From the NCBI GenBank assembly GCA_021808925.1, contig JAKBAR010000004.1, positions 1-53,054 of the forward strand: 53,054 bases of DNA. Direction: 5' to 3'. Positions 9,687-19,920 of the stretch are shown piece by piece. The notes beneath the pieces were generated by a model. It made no database searches. It was not told where the DNA came from and was given only the letters and a program-made list of their open reading frames with translations. How positions within the stretch are numbered: the first letter of the stretch is position 1; every line of letters starts with the position of its first letter. Origin of the DNA: Pseudomonadota bacterium. Lineage in GTDB: Bacteria; Pseudomonadota; Alphaproteobacteria; Paracaedibacterales; JAKBAR01. Made by a program: the position numbers and the translations under genes.

Positions 9687-11291
9687 CTATAAAGGCAGTG
9701 TTTGTTTATGTTTTTTACCCATCCAAAAGGACATAATCATTTTTGTCAGTGCAATGGCTGTAAACATAGAAATCAGAATACCAAGGGCAAGGTTCACAGC
9801 AAATCCACGAATAGGCCCTGTTCCAAATTCGAACAATACAGCGGATCCGATAAGCGACGTCAGGTTCGCATCCACAATCGTTGTCATTGCACGTTTATAT
9901 CCTGCTTCAATCGCAGCAACGGGGCGAAGGCCATGGCGCAGTTCTTCTTTAATACGCTCATAAATAAGCACGTTCGCATCCACAGCCATACCAATCGTGA
10001 GCGCAATCGCAGCAATACCTGGAAGGGTGAGGGTTGCTTGGAGAAGAGACAGTGCCGCAAAAAGTAAAATAAGATTAAAAATAAGCGCTACATTCGCAAA
10101 AACACCAAAAAGAGAATAGTTCAGTATCATAAAGATAGAGACGAGTATGAAGGCAAGAATCGTTGCGTTACGACCATCACTAATTGAATCTGCACCAAGG
10201 CTTGGTCCAACAGTTCGCTCTTCAATCACTTTAAGCGGGGCTGGAAGAGCACCTGCACGAAGGAGAAGGGCTAGTTCATTCGCTTCTTTGATCGTAAAAT
10301 TACCACTAATTTGGCCATTGCCATCAGGAATAATATCTTGAAAAACGGGCGCACTAATGACCTTACCATCCAGCACAATCGCAAATTGCTTTTTCAAAAA
10401 TTCTTTAGACATCTCCGCAAATTTTCGCGCACCCACAGAGTTAAATTTCTGACTGACCGCAGGTTGTCCATTTTGGTTCATACTGACTTGCGCATCAATA
10501 AGCGCATCACCAGAAACCAGAATTGGTTTTTTCACAGCGACATAGCGCGTAATTTCTTTATCCCCACGACGCACAACTTCGGGCAAAAGCTCAACCCCTG
10601 GAGGCAACTGTGCACTGGGTCTGCCGTGCGCATCATAAGAAATATCAACATTTTCGTCGACAGCACGAAAGCTCAGCTTCGCAACAGTTCCAAGACGTTT
10701 TCTAAGCTCTGCAGGATCGGAAATACCGGGAAGCTGCAAAATAATACGATCATTTCCCTGGGCCTGAATGGTGGGTTCCGTTGTTCCCGTTTCATCCACA
10801 CGACGGCGAATCACCTCAATGGTTTGATTCACAACAAGTTTATCCAGCTTTTCAAGGGATTCAGGATTAATAAAAATCTCCCCCTCACCGTTACTTGCGT
10901 GAACTGTCACAACCCAATTGCGGTCAATTTTTCGCAAGGCTTTTTGTACATTTTCTGCTTGGGAGGGATCGCGCAACACAAATCTTACAACGGAGGTCTC
11001 GCCCTTTTGATCAATTTTAAGATTCGCATAGCCAATCTGTTGTTTGCGAAGGAGCGCTCGCGTCTCATCCACAATGGCCGTCATCTGCTCTTTGTGAACC
11101 GTTTTGAGATCCACCTCAAGTTGCAAGTGAGCACCACCACGTAGCTCCAATCCAAGATTAACTGTTTTTTGCATAAAATGCGGAAGTTTTTGACGGACAT
11201 CCTCACTCACTATGTTTGGCAAAGAAAAGAGAATGCCCAGCAGGCACACAGAAAATGTCGCAATAATTTTCCAGCGAGCAATACGAATCAT
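9687..11291 (-). CDS. secD: Protein translocase subunit SecD
   Basis: NLGLELRGG, LRAGALPAP, VGPSLG, GMAVDANVLIYERIKEE. Confidence 0.97.
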   Translation of the reverse strand: MIRIARWKIIATFSVCLLGILFSLPNIVSEDVRQKLPHFMQKTVNLGLELRGGAHLQLEVDLKTVHKEQMTAIVDETRALLRKQQIGYANLKIDQKGETSVVRFVLRDPSQAENVQKALRKIDRNWVVTVHASNGEGEIFINPESLEKLDKLVVNQTIEVIRRRVDETGTTEPTIQAQGNDRIILQLPGISDPAELRKRLGTVAKLSFRAVDENVDISYDAHGRPSAQLPPGVELLPEVVRRGDKEITRYVAVKKPILVSGDALIDAQVSMNQNGQPAVSQKFNSVGARKFAEMSKEFLKKQFAIVLDGKVISAPVFQDIIPDGNGQISGNFTIKEANELALLLRAGALPAPLKVIEERTVGPSLGADSISDGRNATILAFILVSIFMILNYSLFGVFANVALIFNLILLFAALSLLQATLTLPGIAAIALTIGMAVDANVLIYERIKEELRHGLRPVAAIEAGYKRAMTTIVDANLTSLIGSAVLFEFGTGPIRGFAVNLALGILISMFTAIALTKMIMSFWMGKKHKQTLPL

Positions 11292-11301
11292 GAAAGCCTA
11301 C

Positions 11302-11793
11302 TTATTCTTTTGTTTTTTTAGGGGGTTGAGCACTCGTTTCTTTTTTTGTTTTAGAAGCGGTTTTTGACACTTGTTTGTTGGCAACCTTTGGCAATGCCGT
11401 CACATTATCTGTTGAAGGTTTTGCCGCATGAGTACTTTGACCTGCCATCACCTCACTGATCATCTGTTTCACAACATTAATCCTCACACCCTCTGCAATT
11501 TCTAAAACAACTTCAGTGTCAGTTGTTTTTTGAACAATCCCAATAATCCCACCCGAGGTAATCACTTTATCGCCACGACGCAGATTGCCGAGCAATTCCT
11601 GATGGGCTTTCGCTTTTTTCTGCTGAGGGCGCAGCAGGAGAAAATAAAACACAATGAAAATAAGAAAAATAGGCAGCAAAGACATCACATCAAATCCACC
11701 GCCGCCCGCATTGGCAGAGGCACTGGATATAAAAGCTAAAAATCCAAAAACAGAAAAAAAGACGTATTTCATAAAGAAAATCTCCAATAACAT
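11302..11793 (-). CDS. yajC: Preprotein translocase subunit YajC
   Basis: FYFLLLRPQQKKAK, LRRGDKVITSGGIIG; upstream of secD. Start may be 11772. Confidence 0.95.
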   Translation of the reverse strand: MLLEIFFMKYVFFSVFGFLAFISSASANAGGGGFDVMSLLPIFLIFIVFYFLLLRPQQKKAKAHQELLGNLRRGDKVITSGGIIGIVQKTTDTEVVLEIAEGVRINVVKQMISEVMAGQSTHAAKPSTDNVTALPKVANKQVSKTASKTKKETSAQPPKKTKE

Positions 11794-11865
11794 TTATGCA
11801 TAACACTAGAAAAAGAATTCTCGTCTGGCAAGCCTTAAGTGCACGCGAACTCTTTTCAAAGGCTT

Positions 11866-12186
11866 TTAAGCAACGCTATTCACCCACTCAATAAGTTTTG
11901 CTTTTGTCAAAAGCCCCACTTTTGTGGAATCAACGTGACCATTTTTAAACATAACCAATGTCGGAATGCTCCGCACATTAAAGCGCGCTGAAAGCTGAGG
12001 ACACTGATCAACATTAATTTTGACAATCTTTACTTTGCCTGCAATCTCGGGTGCTGTTTCCTCAAGAATCGGCAAAAGCATGCGGCAAGGCCCACACCAC
12101 TCTGCCCAAAAATCCACAATGACAGGCATTTCACTTTGTAAAACGTCTTGCTCAAAAGAGCTATCGGAAACTTGATGAAGGGCCAT
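11866..12186 (-). CDS. trxA: Thioredoxin
   Basis: VDFWAEWCGPC, SIPTL; start set at MALHQV. Confidence 0.97.
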   Translation of the reverse strand: MALHQVSDSSFEQDVLQSEMPVIVDFWAEWCGPCRMLLPILEETAPEIAGKVKIVKINVDQCPQLSARFNVRSIPTLVMFKNGHVDSTKVGLLTKAKLIEWVNSVA

Positions 12187-12262
12187 ATTAAAACCATCCT
12201 TTCTAAAATGGAAAAACAATCATAAGAACCATTTTATACAGGATAATATAAATTTTTTCAAA

Positions 12263-13447
12263 TTACACATTCATATGTGTATAAAGAGGTAAAATCACTC
12301 CAGCCACAATCCACAACAAAAGCAATCCCATCGTCACAATCAAACAAGGCTCAAGCTTTTTAAGAAACGCCACAAGGGTTTCATGGATATCGTCGCGCTC
12401 CATCTGATACGCTTTCTTAAAAAACTCTGCAAGACGGCCACTTTTCATGCCCAAAGAGCATAGAGATCGTGCAAATGGCGAAAAAAAACCTGTGTCTGCC
12501 ATGGTCTCTTCCATTGATTTGCCTTCCAAAAGATCCTTGTGCATCATCTCAATAGTGTTCCGAAGCGACGCATTTTTTATGTGGGTTACGGACTGATCCA
12601 GCGATTCTTTAAAAGGCACCCCTGCACCATAAAGCTCACCGACGACACTGAGCCAAGGCATTGTTTGAAAGCGACCGTAAAAAACACCCATCGACGGTAT
12701 TTTTAAAAGCAGCGGCGTAAGCTTTTTTTGCACAAATGACGATGTAAGAAATAAAAAATAAATCACGGCGATACTGATTAAAAAAAGACAAAAACTCACA
12801 GAATAATTTTCAAAAAAAGCCGTGAGTGATATTAATGTACGACTGGCCAGTGGAAGCTCTGATAGACCCATCTCCTTTAGATAAAGGACAACTTCGGGGA
12901 GAAGAAATTGCGTGAATAAAGCAAAAAGCCCCACAATGGCTGTCAATAAAAAAAGGGGGTAAAAAGTCACTTGCTTCAACTGGCTACGGTATTTTTCTTT
13001 TTGAACAAGATACGCATGGACCTTCAAAAGACCTGCTTCCAACTGCCCTGTCTTAAGGCTTTGATCAAGGATAGATAGCGTAAGCGAATCAAAGACCTTT
13101 GAATGCGCTCGAAAACATTCGATCAGTTCGACCCCACTTTCAAGCTGGGCTCTGATCAACATTAAAAGGTAGCGCATAGGCTTGCTATGTGCTGATTTTT
13201 CAAGATTATAAAGGGCGCACGCAAGCGGCTCTCCTGCATGCAGCAGCACAGAAAGTTTCAGGAAAAAATTTGATTTTTCCTTCTGTGATATTTTTGAAAA
13301 GGAGGTTGATTTGACCACATTATGACGGATGACCGTCGCCTTATGGTTTTTTAAAAGTTGTTGGAGATCGTCCCTCGACGTTGCAAGAACCGTTTCCTGC
13401 TGGATCACCCCCGTCGGGTCAAGTGTCGTCAGTTGAGCAAGAATCAT
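12263..13447 (-). CDS. Type II secretion F / type IV pilus PilC family platform protein
   Basis: Two T2SSF-like repeats (LSVLLHAGEPL...TGQLE...FYPLFLL; LYGAGVPF...SGRL...LEPCLIV...ILPLY). Confidence 0.85.
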   Translation of the reverse strand: MILAQLTTLDPTGVIQQETVLATSRDDLQQLLKNHKATVIRHNVVKSTSFSKISQKEKSNFFLKLSVLLHAGEPLACALYNLEKSAHSKPMRYLLMLIRAQLESGVELIECFRAHSKVFDSLTLSILDQSLKTGQLEAGLLKVHAYLVQKEKYRSQLKQVTFYPLFLLTAIVGLFALFTQFLLPEVVLYLKEMGLSELPLASRTLISLTAFFENYSVSFCLFLISIAVIYFLFLTSSFVQKKLTPLLLKIPSMGVFYGRFQTMPWLSVVGELYGAGVPFKESLDQSVTHIKNASLRNTIEMMHKDLLEGKSMEETMADTGFFSPFARSLCSLGMKSGRLAEFFKKAYQMERDDIHETLVAFLKKLEPCLIVTMGLLLLWIVAGVILPLYTHMNV

Positions 13448-13543
13448 ACCCTGGCGCCTCGGTTTGCTTTTTTATTATTGTATATAAGTGCACAACACTT
13501 GCCATAGGATTTTTTTTAGAGAGAGGCTTTTGAGTCTTTAGGT

Positions 13544-13631
13544 GTTTTTTTTATGAAGACATTATTTTAATTTATTTTTACAGATTCACGGATCGATCAC
13601 AACACCACAAATGATGGGGTGGGGATTTTGA
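13544..13631. repeat. 88-bp dispersed element, copy 1 (identical to 47542-47629)
   Basis: gttttttttatgaagacatt...gatggggtggggattttga matches copy 2 base for base in the same orientation. Confidence 0.95.
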
Positions 13632-13804
13632 GATTTTTTCCCTCCAAAAACATCTTGAGCCGTGCGTAAAAAATACACACTTGCGAACACTGAGTTTATG
13701 CGAAATATTCTTGTTTTTTCGCAGGAAACATGGCCTTATAAAAAGTGAAAGAAGGTTTTTTGTGAGGACTCTTTGTGGCAAGCCAACGCTGGCAAAGTGT
13801 TGAA

Positions 13805-14485
13805 ATGGTTCGCTTTGAGAACGTATCGCTGCGATACGGTGAGAGCTATCCTGTATTTCGTCATCTTAATTTTTCCTTTACCTCCGGGTCTTTTTATTTT
13901 CTCACAGGGGCAAGTGGCGTTGGGAAAACTTCTTTTTTAAAACTTATTTACCGCGAGCTCCAGCCAACTGAAGGGCGCGTGACTGTTTTTGGCCGCGACT
14001 TAGCAACACTTTCTCCAGCAGAATTGCCTTATTTTCGTCAGCGCATGGGCCTTGTTTTTCAAGATTGCCGGTTGATTGACACCCTTAATATCCTTGAAAA
14101 TGTATGCCTGAGTTTGCGCATTTTAGGCACTCAGGCAAAACGTGCCAAAATTTATGCTCATGAACTCCTCGAATGGGTGGGGCTTGCAACACATCTGTAT
14201 GAGTACCCTCATGCACTCTCTGATGGTCAAAAACAACGTGTAGCCATCGCACGTGCAGTGATTACACGCCCTCTTTTATTGCTTGCCGATGAGCCCACAG
14301 GAAATGTGGATGAAAATGCGGCGTTTAAGTTGATGTATCTTTTTGAGGAACTGAATAAAATGGGTACGACAGTCGTTTTAGCCACGCATAATCGCTCGAT
14401 TGTCAATGAATTTGCCTATCCAGAGCTCATGCTTGAGCGCGGTCATTTGCAGCTGATGAGTGGAGGTGACCGGAGTGCTTTCTAG
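13805..14485 (+). CDS. ftsE: Cell division ATP-binding protein FtsE
   Basis: MVRFENV start, GASGVGKT, GLVFQDCRL, LLADEPTGN, GTTVVLATH; followed by an FtsX-like gene. Confidence 0.9.
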   Translation: MVRFENVSLRYGESYPVFRHLNFSFTSGSFYFLTGASGVGKTSFLKLIYRELQPTEGRVTVFGRDLATLSPAELPYFRQRMGLVFQDCRLIDTLNILENVCLSLRILGTQAKRAKIYAHELLEWVGLATHLYEYPHALSDGQKQRVAIARAVITRPLLLLADEPTGNVDENAAFKLMYLFEELNKMGTTVVLATHNRSIVNEFAYPELMLERGHLQLMSGGDRSAF

Positions 14486-15332
14486 TAAAAAATCACTGAT
14501 TCTTGTGGATGAGCATTCGAACAAACCTATTCGTCTTATCATCGGATGCCTTGTTTTTGTGCTGACGCTTGTCATTTCAGGCACACTGGCGCTGAATCAT
14601 TTCGTTGAAAAATTCACCTCAGATCTCACCTCTAATATTGTTTTTGAAGTGAATTTGACAGGCATTGAACCGCTTCAACAGCCACAACTTTTAGCATCAC
14701 TACAGCAAGTTATTAATGGTTTCCCCTCCGTGAAAGAAAGCTTCGTTGTCCCCGTCGCCAGTTCCCCCATAGCCTTACACGAAACAGCCGCACCCCTTGC
14801 TTTTATTGAAGCTGTCATTCACGAAAAGCCACCGCTTCCTCTGGGTGAAGTGCTTTTAAAAATGCAACAAATTCATCCCCAAGTTCATATTCAATCTCAC
14901 GCCTTTATGACAGCGAATATTCGTTACTTGTACGAGTGGTTAAAGCTTTTCTCCTATGGGATCATTGCGCTGATCTCCTTTGTGATTATTATTACTATTA
15001 GTGTGATTACCCGCTCCGGTTTTCAGATGCAAAAAAATGTCGTGGATATTTTAAGGCTTATCGGTGCACCCAGTACCTATATTGCGAAACAATTTCATTG
15101 GATAGCCTTTCGTTTAGGTTTTTCCTCGAGCTTTATCGGTGTTTTTTTCGGTGTTGCTGTGTTTTTCATGACAGCCTATTTTGGCACAAATTTTGGCCTG
15201 CCAAAGGATCTTACACTCTTAAACCAAAATCTTATCATTGCCTTTGTTCTCTTGCCCTTTATCGTAGGGTTTATCAGCCTCTTCGTCGCAAGATTTGAAG
15301 TGATGCGGACACTGATTAAGCTGGACAAATAA
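14460..15332 (+). CDS. ftsX: FtsX-like permease (divergent)
   Basis: One TM, a periplasmic loop, then three TMs; ILRLIGAPSTYI motif; overlaps ftsE. Confidence 0.8.
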   Translation: MEVTGVLSSKKSLILVDEHSNKPIRLIIGCLVFVLTLVISGTLALNHFVEKFTSDLTSNIVFEVNLTGIEPLQQPQLLASLQQVINGFPSVKESFVVPVASSPIALHETAAPLAFIEAVIHEKPPLPLGEVLLKMQQIHPQVHIQSHAFMTANIRYLYEWLKLFSYGIIALISFVIIITISVITRSGFQMQKNVVDILRLIGAPSTYIAKQFHWIAFRLGFSSSFIGVFFGVAVFFMTAYFGTNFGLPKDLTLLNQNLIIAFVLLPFIVGFISLFVARFEVMRTLIKLDK

Positions 15333-15366
15333 CTGATTAGTGTAGATTTTGTTGTAAGTACTACAA

Positions 15367-15918
15367 CTATAACTTCGGTAGTGTGACGCCTTTTTGCCCC
15401 ATATATTTTCCATGGCGATCTTTATAAGATGTCTCGCACAGAGAATCTGCCTTAAGAAAAAGAAACTGACAGGCCCCTTCATTCGCATAGATTTTAGCGG
15501 GCAGGGGGGTTGTGTTAGAAAATTCTAATGTCACATGCCCCTCCCACTCTGGCTCAAGAGGTGTCACATTCACAATAATACCACAGCGTGCATACGTGGA
15601 CTTCCCAAGACAAATCACAAGCACATCTTTGGGAATGCGAAAATATTCTACGGTACGCCCCAAAACAAAGCTATTGGGGGGAATAATACACACATCGGTT
15701 TCTCTATTTACAAAGCTCTGCTCAGAAAATTCTTTGGGATCAACAATCGCATTATCCACGTTGGTGAAAATTTTAAACTCCCGAGAGACGCGCGCGTCAT
15801 ACCCATAGGACGACACACCATAGGACACAACTCCTTTGCGCTCTTGGTGCTCAACAAAGGGTTCAATCATCCCTTTTTGAGCCTGTGCGCGAATCCAATG
15901 ATCGGGAAGAATAGACAT
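15367..15918 (-). CDS. dcd: dCTP deaminase
   Basis: [34 protein letters not shown]. Confidence 0.97.
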   Translation of the reverse strand: MSILPDHWIRAQAQKGMIEPFVEHQERKGVVSYGVSSYGYDARVSREFKIFTNVDNAIVDPKEFSEQSFVNRETDVCIIPPNSFVLGRTVEYFRIPKDVLVICLGKSTYARCGIIVNVTPLEPEWEGHVTLEFSNTTPLPAKIYANEGACQFLFLKADSLCETSYKDRHGKYMGQKGVTLPKL

Positions 15919-16047
15919 AAAAACGTAACCTTAAGAAAAAGAATGACCTTACTATACTGAAAAAAAGATATTTATCCTAGTCTTAGTCGCTGGATTTGTG
16001 AGGAAGATGGCATAGATATTGCAGGATGAAAGGATAGCGCTTTTTAG

Positions 16048-16308
16048 ATGTATCAAAAAATGTTGCCTTGGCTTTCGAGTTTGTTTTTGGGGTTGATTGT
16101 ATCCGCCTGTAACCCCTTTAAAAACATGGCCCCTGACTCCACAGATATTCAAACGCGCCTCCTCGCCAAAAGGGGGGAGATCCCTGATCCCTATCCTCTT
16201 TATTGTTATCAAACTCTTGGCGAGAAAATGTGCTATGAAAAACCCCTTAAAAACGGAGACCCCCGCCTTGCTGGCTATTACGGCCCACCACCACGGCAAT
16301 ATGAGTAA
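16048..16308 (+). CDS. Small lipoprotein with paired Cys motif
   Basis: Lipobox LIVSA-C; YCYQTLG...CY motif. Confidence 0.7.
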   Translation: MYQKMLPWLSSLFLGLIVSACNPFKNMAPDSTDIQTRLLAKRGEIPDPYPLYCYQTLGEKMCYEKPLKNGDPRLAGYYGPPPRQYE

Positions 16309-16358
16309 CATTATTTTTGAATAATGGCCTTAACATAGTGTGATCTCAAAAGCTATCT

Positions 16359-17282
16359 TTAGTAATATTCACCCACGCGTAAAATTTCCCAATCAAGGGT
16401 GACACCCGATGTTTCTAAAACACGCTGACGGACTTTATCACCAAGATCCTCAAGATCTTTGGCGGAAGCATTCCCTAAATTCATCATAAAATTACAATGC
16501 TTTTCAGAGATCACAGCATCCCCTTGCATCAACCCCCGACATCCAGCCTCATCAATAAGTTTCCACGCAGAGTCATTTTCAGGGTTTTTAAAAGTACTCC
16601 CTCCTGTTCGTCCCTTCACAGGTTGGGTTTCCTGACGTCTTTCGAGAATATCTTGCATACGCCTTTGAATCTCTTCTTGAGGCGCTTGTGTTGTGTAAAA
16701 AGCAGCCTTTGTAAAAATCCAATCCTTTGGCACAGAACATTTACGATAGCCAAAACCCATCTCATCGGCAGAAAGACGGTGAATCTCGCCATTGGGTGTA
16801 ACAGCTTCCGCCCACAAAAGTCTATCTTTTGTTTCCACACCATAAGCCCCCGCATTCATGGCCAGAGCGCCCCCAATCGTTCCAGGAATACTAATAAAAA
16901 ACTCAAGACCACTCAGCCCATGAGACTGGCATGTAAGCGCAAGCGTGCGATCCAAGCAGCCTGCGCCTACTTCAACGATATGATCTTTGACAACAATTTG
17001 TGAGAAATCCCCGATTAAACGGAGTGTAATCCCTCGAATACCTCCATCACGAATGATAATATTTGAGCCAGCTCCAAGTGTAAAAATGGGAAGCGTGTTG
17101 GATTTGAGAAAAAAAATAAGATCATCAAGATCCTTTGGCTTAAAAAGGATAGATGCCGGCCCTCCCACAGAAAACCATGTAAGACTTTTAAGCAAGACAT
17201 CATATTGGTAACGCCCACGCACCTTTGGAAGATCAAAAGAAAGGGTGTCTGCATCCGACATAGTTTCAAAAGGAAGCGCCAT
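16359..17282 (-). CDS. murB: UDP-N-acetylmuramate dehydrogenase
   Basis: VGGPA, GAGSN, IPGTIGGALAMNAGAYG, GGSTFKNP, SEKHCNF. Confidence 0.97.
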   Translation of the reverse strand: MALPFETMSDADTLSFDLPKVRGRYQYDVLLKSLTWFSVGGPASILFKPKDLDDLIFFLKSNTLPIFTLGAGSNIIIRDGGIRGITLRLIGDFSQIVVKDHIVEVGAGCLDRTLALTCQSHGLSGLEFFISIPGTIGGALAMNAGAYGVETKDRLLWAEAVTPNGEIHRLSADEMGFGYRKCSVPKDWIFTKAAFYTTQAPQEEIQRRMQDILERRQETQPVKGRTGGSTFKNPENDSAWKLIDEAGCRGLMQGDAVISEKHCNFMMNLGNASAKDLEDLGDKVRQRVLETSGVTLDWEILRVGEYY

Positions 17283-17285
17283 AGA

Positions 17286-18752
17286 TTAACTCACTGCCTT
17301 TAGGCTATCATTGTCTGAACTGTCCACCCCCAGCTGATCCAACTGAACAGGGAGAGACGCTGCCCAATACGTAATCGATCCTGCGCCCATGCAAATAACT
17401 AAATCACCGGATTGCGAGAGACGCCTTATCATAAAAGGAAGTTCTTTGGGGTCAGAAATCTCATAGACCTCTTGGCCTCTTTCTCGCATTTTATGCGCTA
17501 AAATTTCAGAATTAATGCCTTCAATAGAATCCTCTCCCGCAGAGAAAACAGGTGCCAGAATAATTTTATCTGCATCAATCATCGATTCTGAAAAATCATT
17601 AAAAAAAGCCTTGAGGCGTGTATAGCGATGGGGTTGAAGAACAGCGATCACACGGCCTTTTGTTGCCTGACGCGCTGCCTTTAGTGTTGTTTTAATTTCC
17701 ACAGGATGATGCGCATAATCATCAACAATCGTTAGACCATGACTCTCTCCCACTTTTGTAAAGCGCCGCTTCACACCTTTGAAATGGCTAAGTGCTTTGA
17801 TCATGACAACATCACTTATCCCAAGCTCTTGCGCCACAGCAATGACAGCCAACGCATTTTGCACATTATGCTCACCCATCATTGGTAAAAAGAAACCGCG
17901 AATACGACGCGGCATTAATGTCAGCGTTGTTAAGCTTGGCTGAATTGTTGGCGGATTAATATCCACATCAAAGGTAATGCCTTCTTCTGTGGCATGAAGA
18001 TTGACGGCACGAATGTGCGCCCCCTCCTTGAGACCATAAGTCACAACGCGTTTGCCGATAAGATCTGGAATTATTTTTTGAACTTCCTCATGATCCGCGC
18101 ACAAAATAGCAGCACCGTAAAAAGGCACACGATCTAAAAAGCGCATAAAAGCCGATTTTATCTCGCTAAAATCTTTATAAAAATCCATGTGATCTTCATC
18201 GATATTTGTGACCACCGCAAATGTTGGAAAAAGTTTGACAAAACTACCATCGGATTCGTCCGCCTCAGCAATCACCCAATCCCCCGTACCCAAGCGCGCA
18301 TTCGTATTATAGGCGTTAAGGATACCCCCATTAATAATTGTTGGATTAAGTTCCGCTTCGTCAAAAAGAGCCGCCATGAGAGACGTCGTTGTTGTTTTAC
18401 CATGCGTTCCAGCAATGGCGACAGCGAATTTAAGACGCATCAGCTCGCCTAGCATTTCTGCACGTTGTACAACCGCAATACCTTGATTTTGCGCAGCGAT
18501 GACTTCTGGGTTATTTTTAGACACAGCCGTTGAAACAACAATAACCTGAGCGCCCTGAATATTCTCAACCGCATGGCCAATGTGAATTTTAATCCCAAGA
18601 TTTCTAAGGCGCTGAATATTAGAGCTTTCGTTCGCATCACTCCCTGATACGAAATAACCAAGGTTCGATAACACCTCCGCGATTCCACTCATGCCAATAC
18701 CCCCAATGCCCACAAAGTGAATATGCCGTATGAAATGAGGAGAAATGCGCAT
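17286..18752 (-). CDS. murC: UDP-N-acetylmuramate--L-alanine ligase
   Basis: HFVGIGGIGMSGIA, AGTHGKTTTT, EADESDGSF, DDYAHHP, QPHRYTR. Confidence 0.98.
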   Translation of the reverse strand: MRISPHFIRHIHFVGIGGIGMSGIAEVLSNLGYFVSGSDANESSNIQRLRNLGIKIHIGHAVENIQGAQVIVVSTAVSKNNPEVIAAQNQGIAVVQRAEMLGELMRLKFAVAIAGTHGKTTTTSLMAALFDEAELNPTIINGGILNAYNTNARLGTGDWVIAEADESDGSFVKLFPTFAVVTNIDEDHMDFYKDFSEIKSAFMRFLDRVPFYGAAILCADHEEVQKIIPDLIGKRVVTYGLKEGAHIRAVNLHATEEGITFDVDINPPTIQPSLTTLTLMPRRIRGFFLPMMGEHNVQNALAVIAVAQELGISDVVMIKALSHFKGVKRRFTKVGESHGLTIVDDYAHHPVEIKTTLKAARQATKGRVIAVLQPHRYTRLKAFFNDFSESMIDADKIILAPVFSAGEDSIEGINSEILAHKMRERGQEVYEISDPKELPFMIRRLSQSGDLVICMGAGSITYWAASLPVQLDQLGVDSSDNDSLKAVS

Positions 18753-18769
18753 GGTGCCTCTATAACTAT

Positions 18770-19861
18770 TTAATTGTTTGTCTCTAATGGTGGTAGCAAA
18801 TCTTGGATCACTTGTGCAAGATGTGATGCTGCTTGCACCATACTATAATTTTGAATATCCTTGGCTTTTTTTTCAAGTATTTCAGGCTGATTTAAACTTT
18901 TTTGCAGAATTTCTGCAAGCTTTTGAGGGGTAAGATTTTTTTGCTCTTCTAAAAAGCACGCATCGCCCAAAGCCTTTGCATTATACAATTGATGATGATC
19001 CGTCGCATAAGGATAGGGGATAAAAAGTGCTGCGCGCCCTGCAATAGTCAGCTCTGAGACTGTAGAAGCTCCCGCGCGCGCTATCACCAAATCCGCCTTT
19101 TCATAAAGCTCCTGTACATGATCAAAAAAAGGCTTGAGTGTTACATGCATACCAAGATCATCATAAGATTTTTGTGTGGATTCCAAAAGCTCCGCACGGC
19201 ATTGCTGCACCAATGTAATATTCTTACGCTTCTGTGCCGATAAAAGTGATAGAGCTTCTGGCAAAAGGGTTGAGAAAAAAGCAGCTCCCTGACTGCCTCC
19301 TGTGGCAAAAAGACTGAGATGATTCTTTTTCGGTTGATAGGGCGTGCAGGGATGAATACGGGCGGGATTACCCGTCACACAATGAGAAATCCTTGTATCA
19401 AAGGCCATTGTCTTTTCAAAGGAGAGAGCAACATGTCGCGCGCGCTTAAGAAGAGAGCGATTCGCACGACCAATATAAGCATTTTGTTCGTGGAGAATTG
19501 TTGGAATGCCGAGCATCTGCGCCGCTAAAACAGCGGGCACACTTGGATAGCCCCCAAACCCTACGACAATAGAGGGTTTTTCTGTTAAAAACAGATAAAA
19601 GCACCGTAAAAAACTCCAAAACATCGCGAAAATAAAAAGAGGAACTTGTATTTTTTTTGAGCGTAGTGGGATAAAAAGTTTGATGGCATTCACGTTTGGC
19701 TCGCTCACTCTTTTATCTGAAATAACTGTGATCTCAGTATCTGTCCTAGCCTTTAAAAGCGCGCGCGCTGTTGCAATAGCTGGGAACAAATGCCCCCCCG
19801 TTCCTCCCGCACATAAATAAATTTTAAAAAGACTGTTGCTCAATTTTTTTTGCATGAACAT
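18770..19861 (-). CDS. murG: Lipid I N-acetylglucosaminyltransferase MurG
   Basis: AGGTGGHLFPA, GFGGYPS, HEQN, TGNP, GGSQGA, RAGAST. Confidence 0.97.
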   Translation of the reverse strand: MFMQKKLSNSLFKIYLCAGGTGGHLFPAIATARALLKARTDTEITVISDKRVSEPNVNAIKLFIPLRSKKIQVPLFIFAMFWSFLRCFYLFLTEKPSIVVGFGGYPSVPAVLAAQMLGIPTILHEQNAYIGRANRSLLKRARHVALSFEKTMAFDTRISHCVTGNPARIHPCTPYQPKKNHLSLFATGGSQGAAFFSTLLPEALSLLSAQKRKNITLVQQCRAELLESTQKSYDDLGMHVTLKPFFDHVQELYEKADLVIARAGASTVSELTIAGRAALFIPYPYATDHHQLYNAKALGDACFLEEQKNLTPQKLAEILQKSLNQPEILEKKAKDIQNYSMVQAASHLAQVIQDLLPPLETNN

Positions 19862-19920
19862 ATGTTTAATTGGATAGAATACGCTATCCTACCCTTTTTT
19901 CTTTTTTTCTCACAATAACC

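Noticed and set aside
10311-11144. 277-aa plus-strand ORF
   Set aside because: Entirely antisense to secD, with no recognisable motifs.
13544-13631. 88-bp element as a classical MITE or tRNA
   Set aside because: No terminal inverted repeats, target duplication or cloverleaf/T-loop motif.
13578-13781. 67-aa ORF ending SKSPPHHLWCCDRSVNL
   Set aside because: Its tail is only the translation of the 88-bp element, and it overlaps the likely ftsE promoter.
15952-16311. 119-aa minus-strand ORF
   Set aside because: Antisense to the better-supported lipoprotein at 16048-16308.
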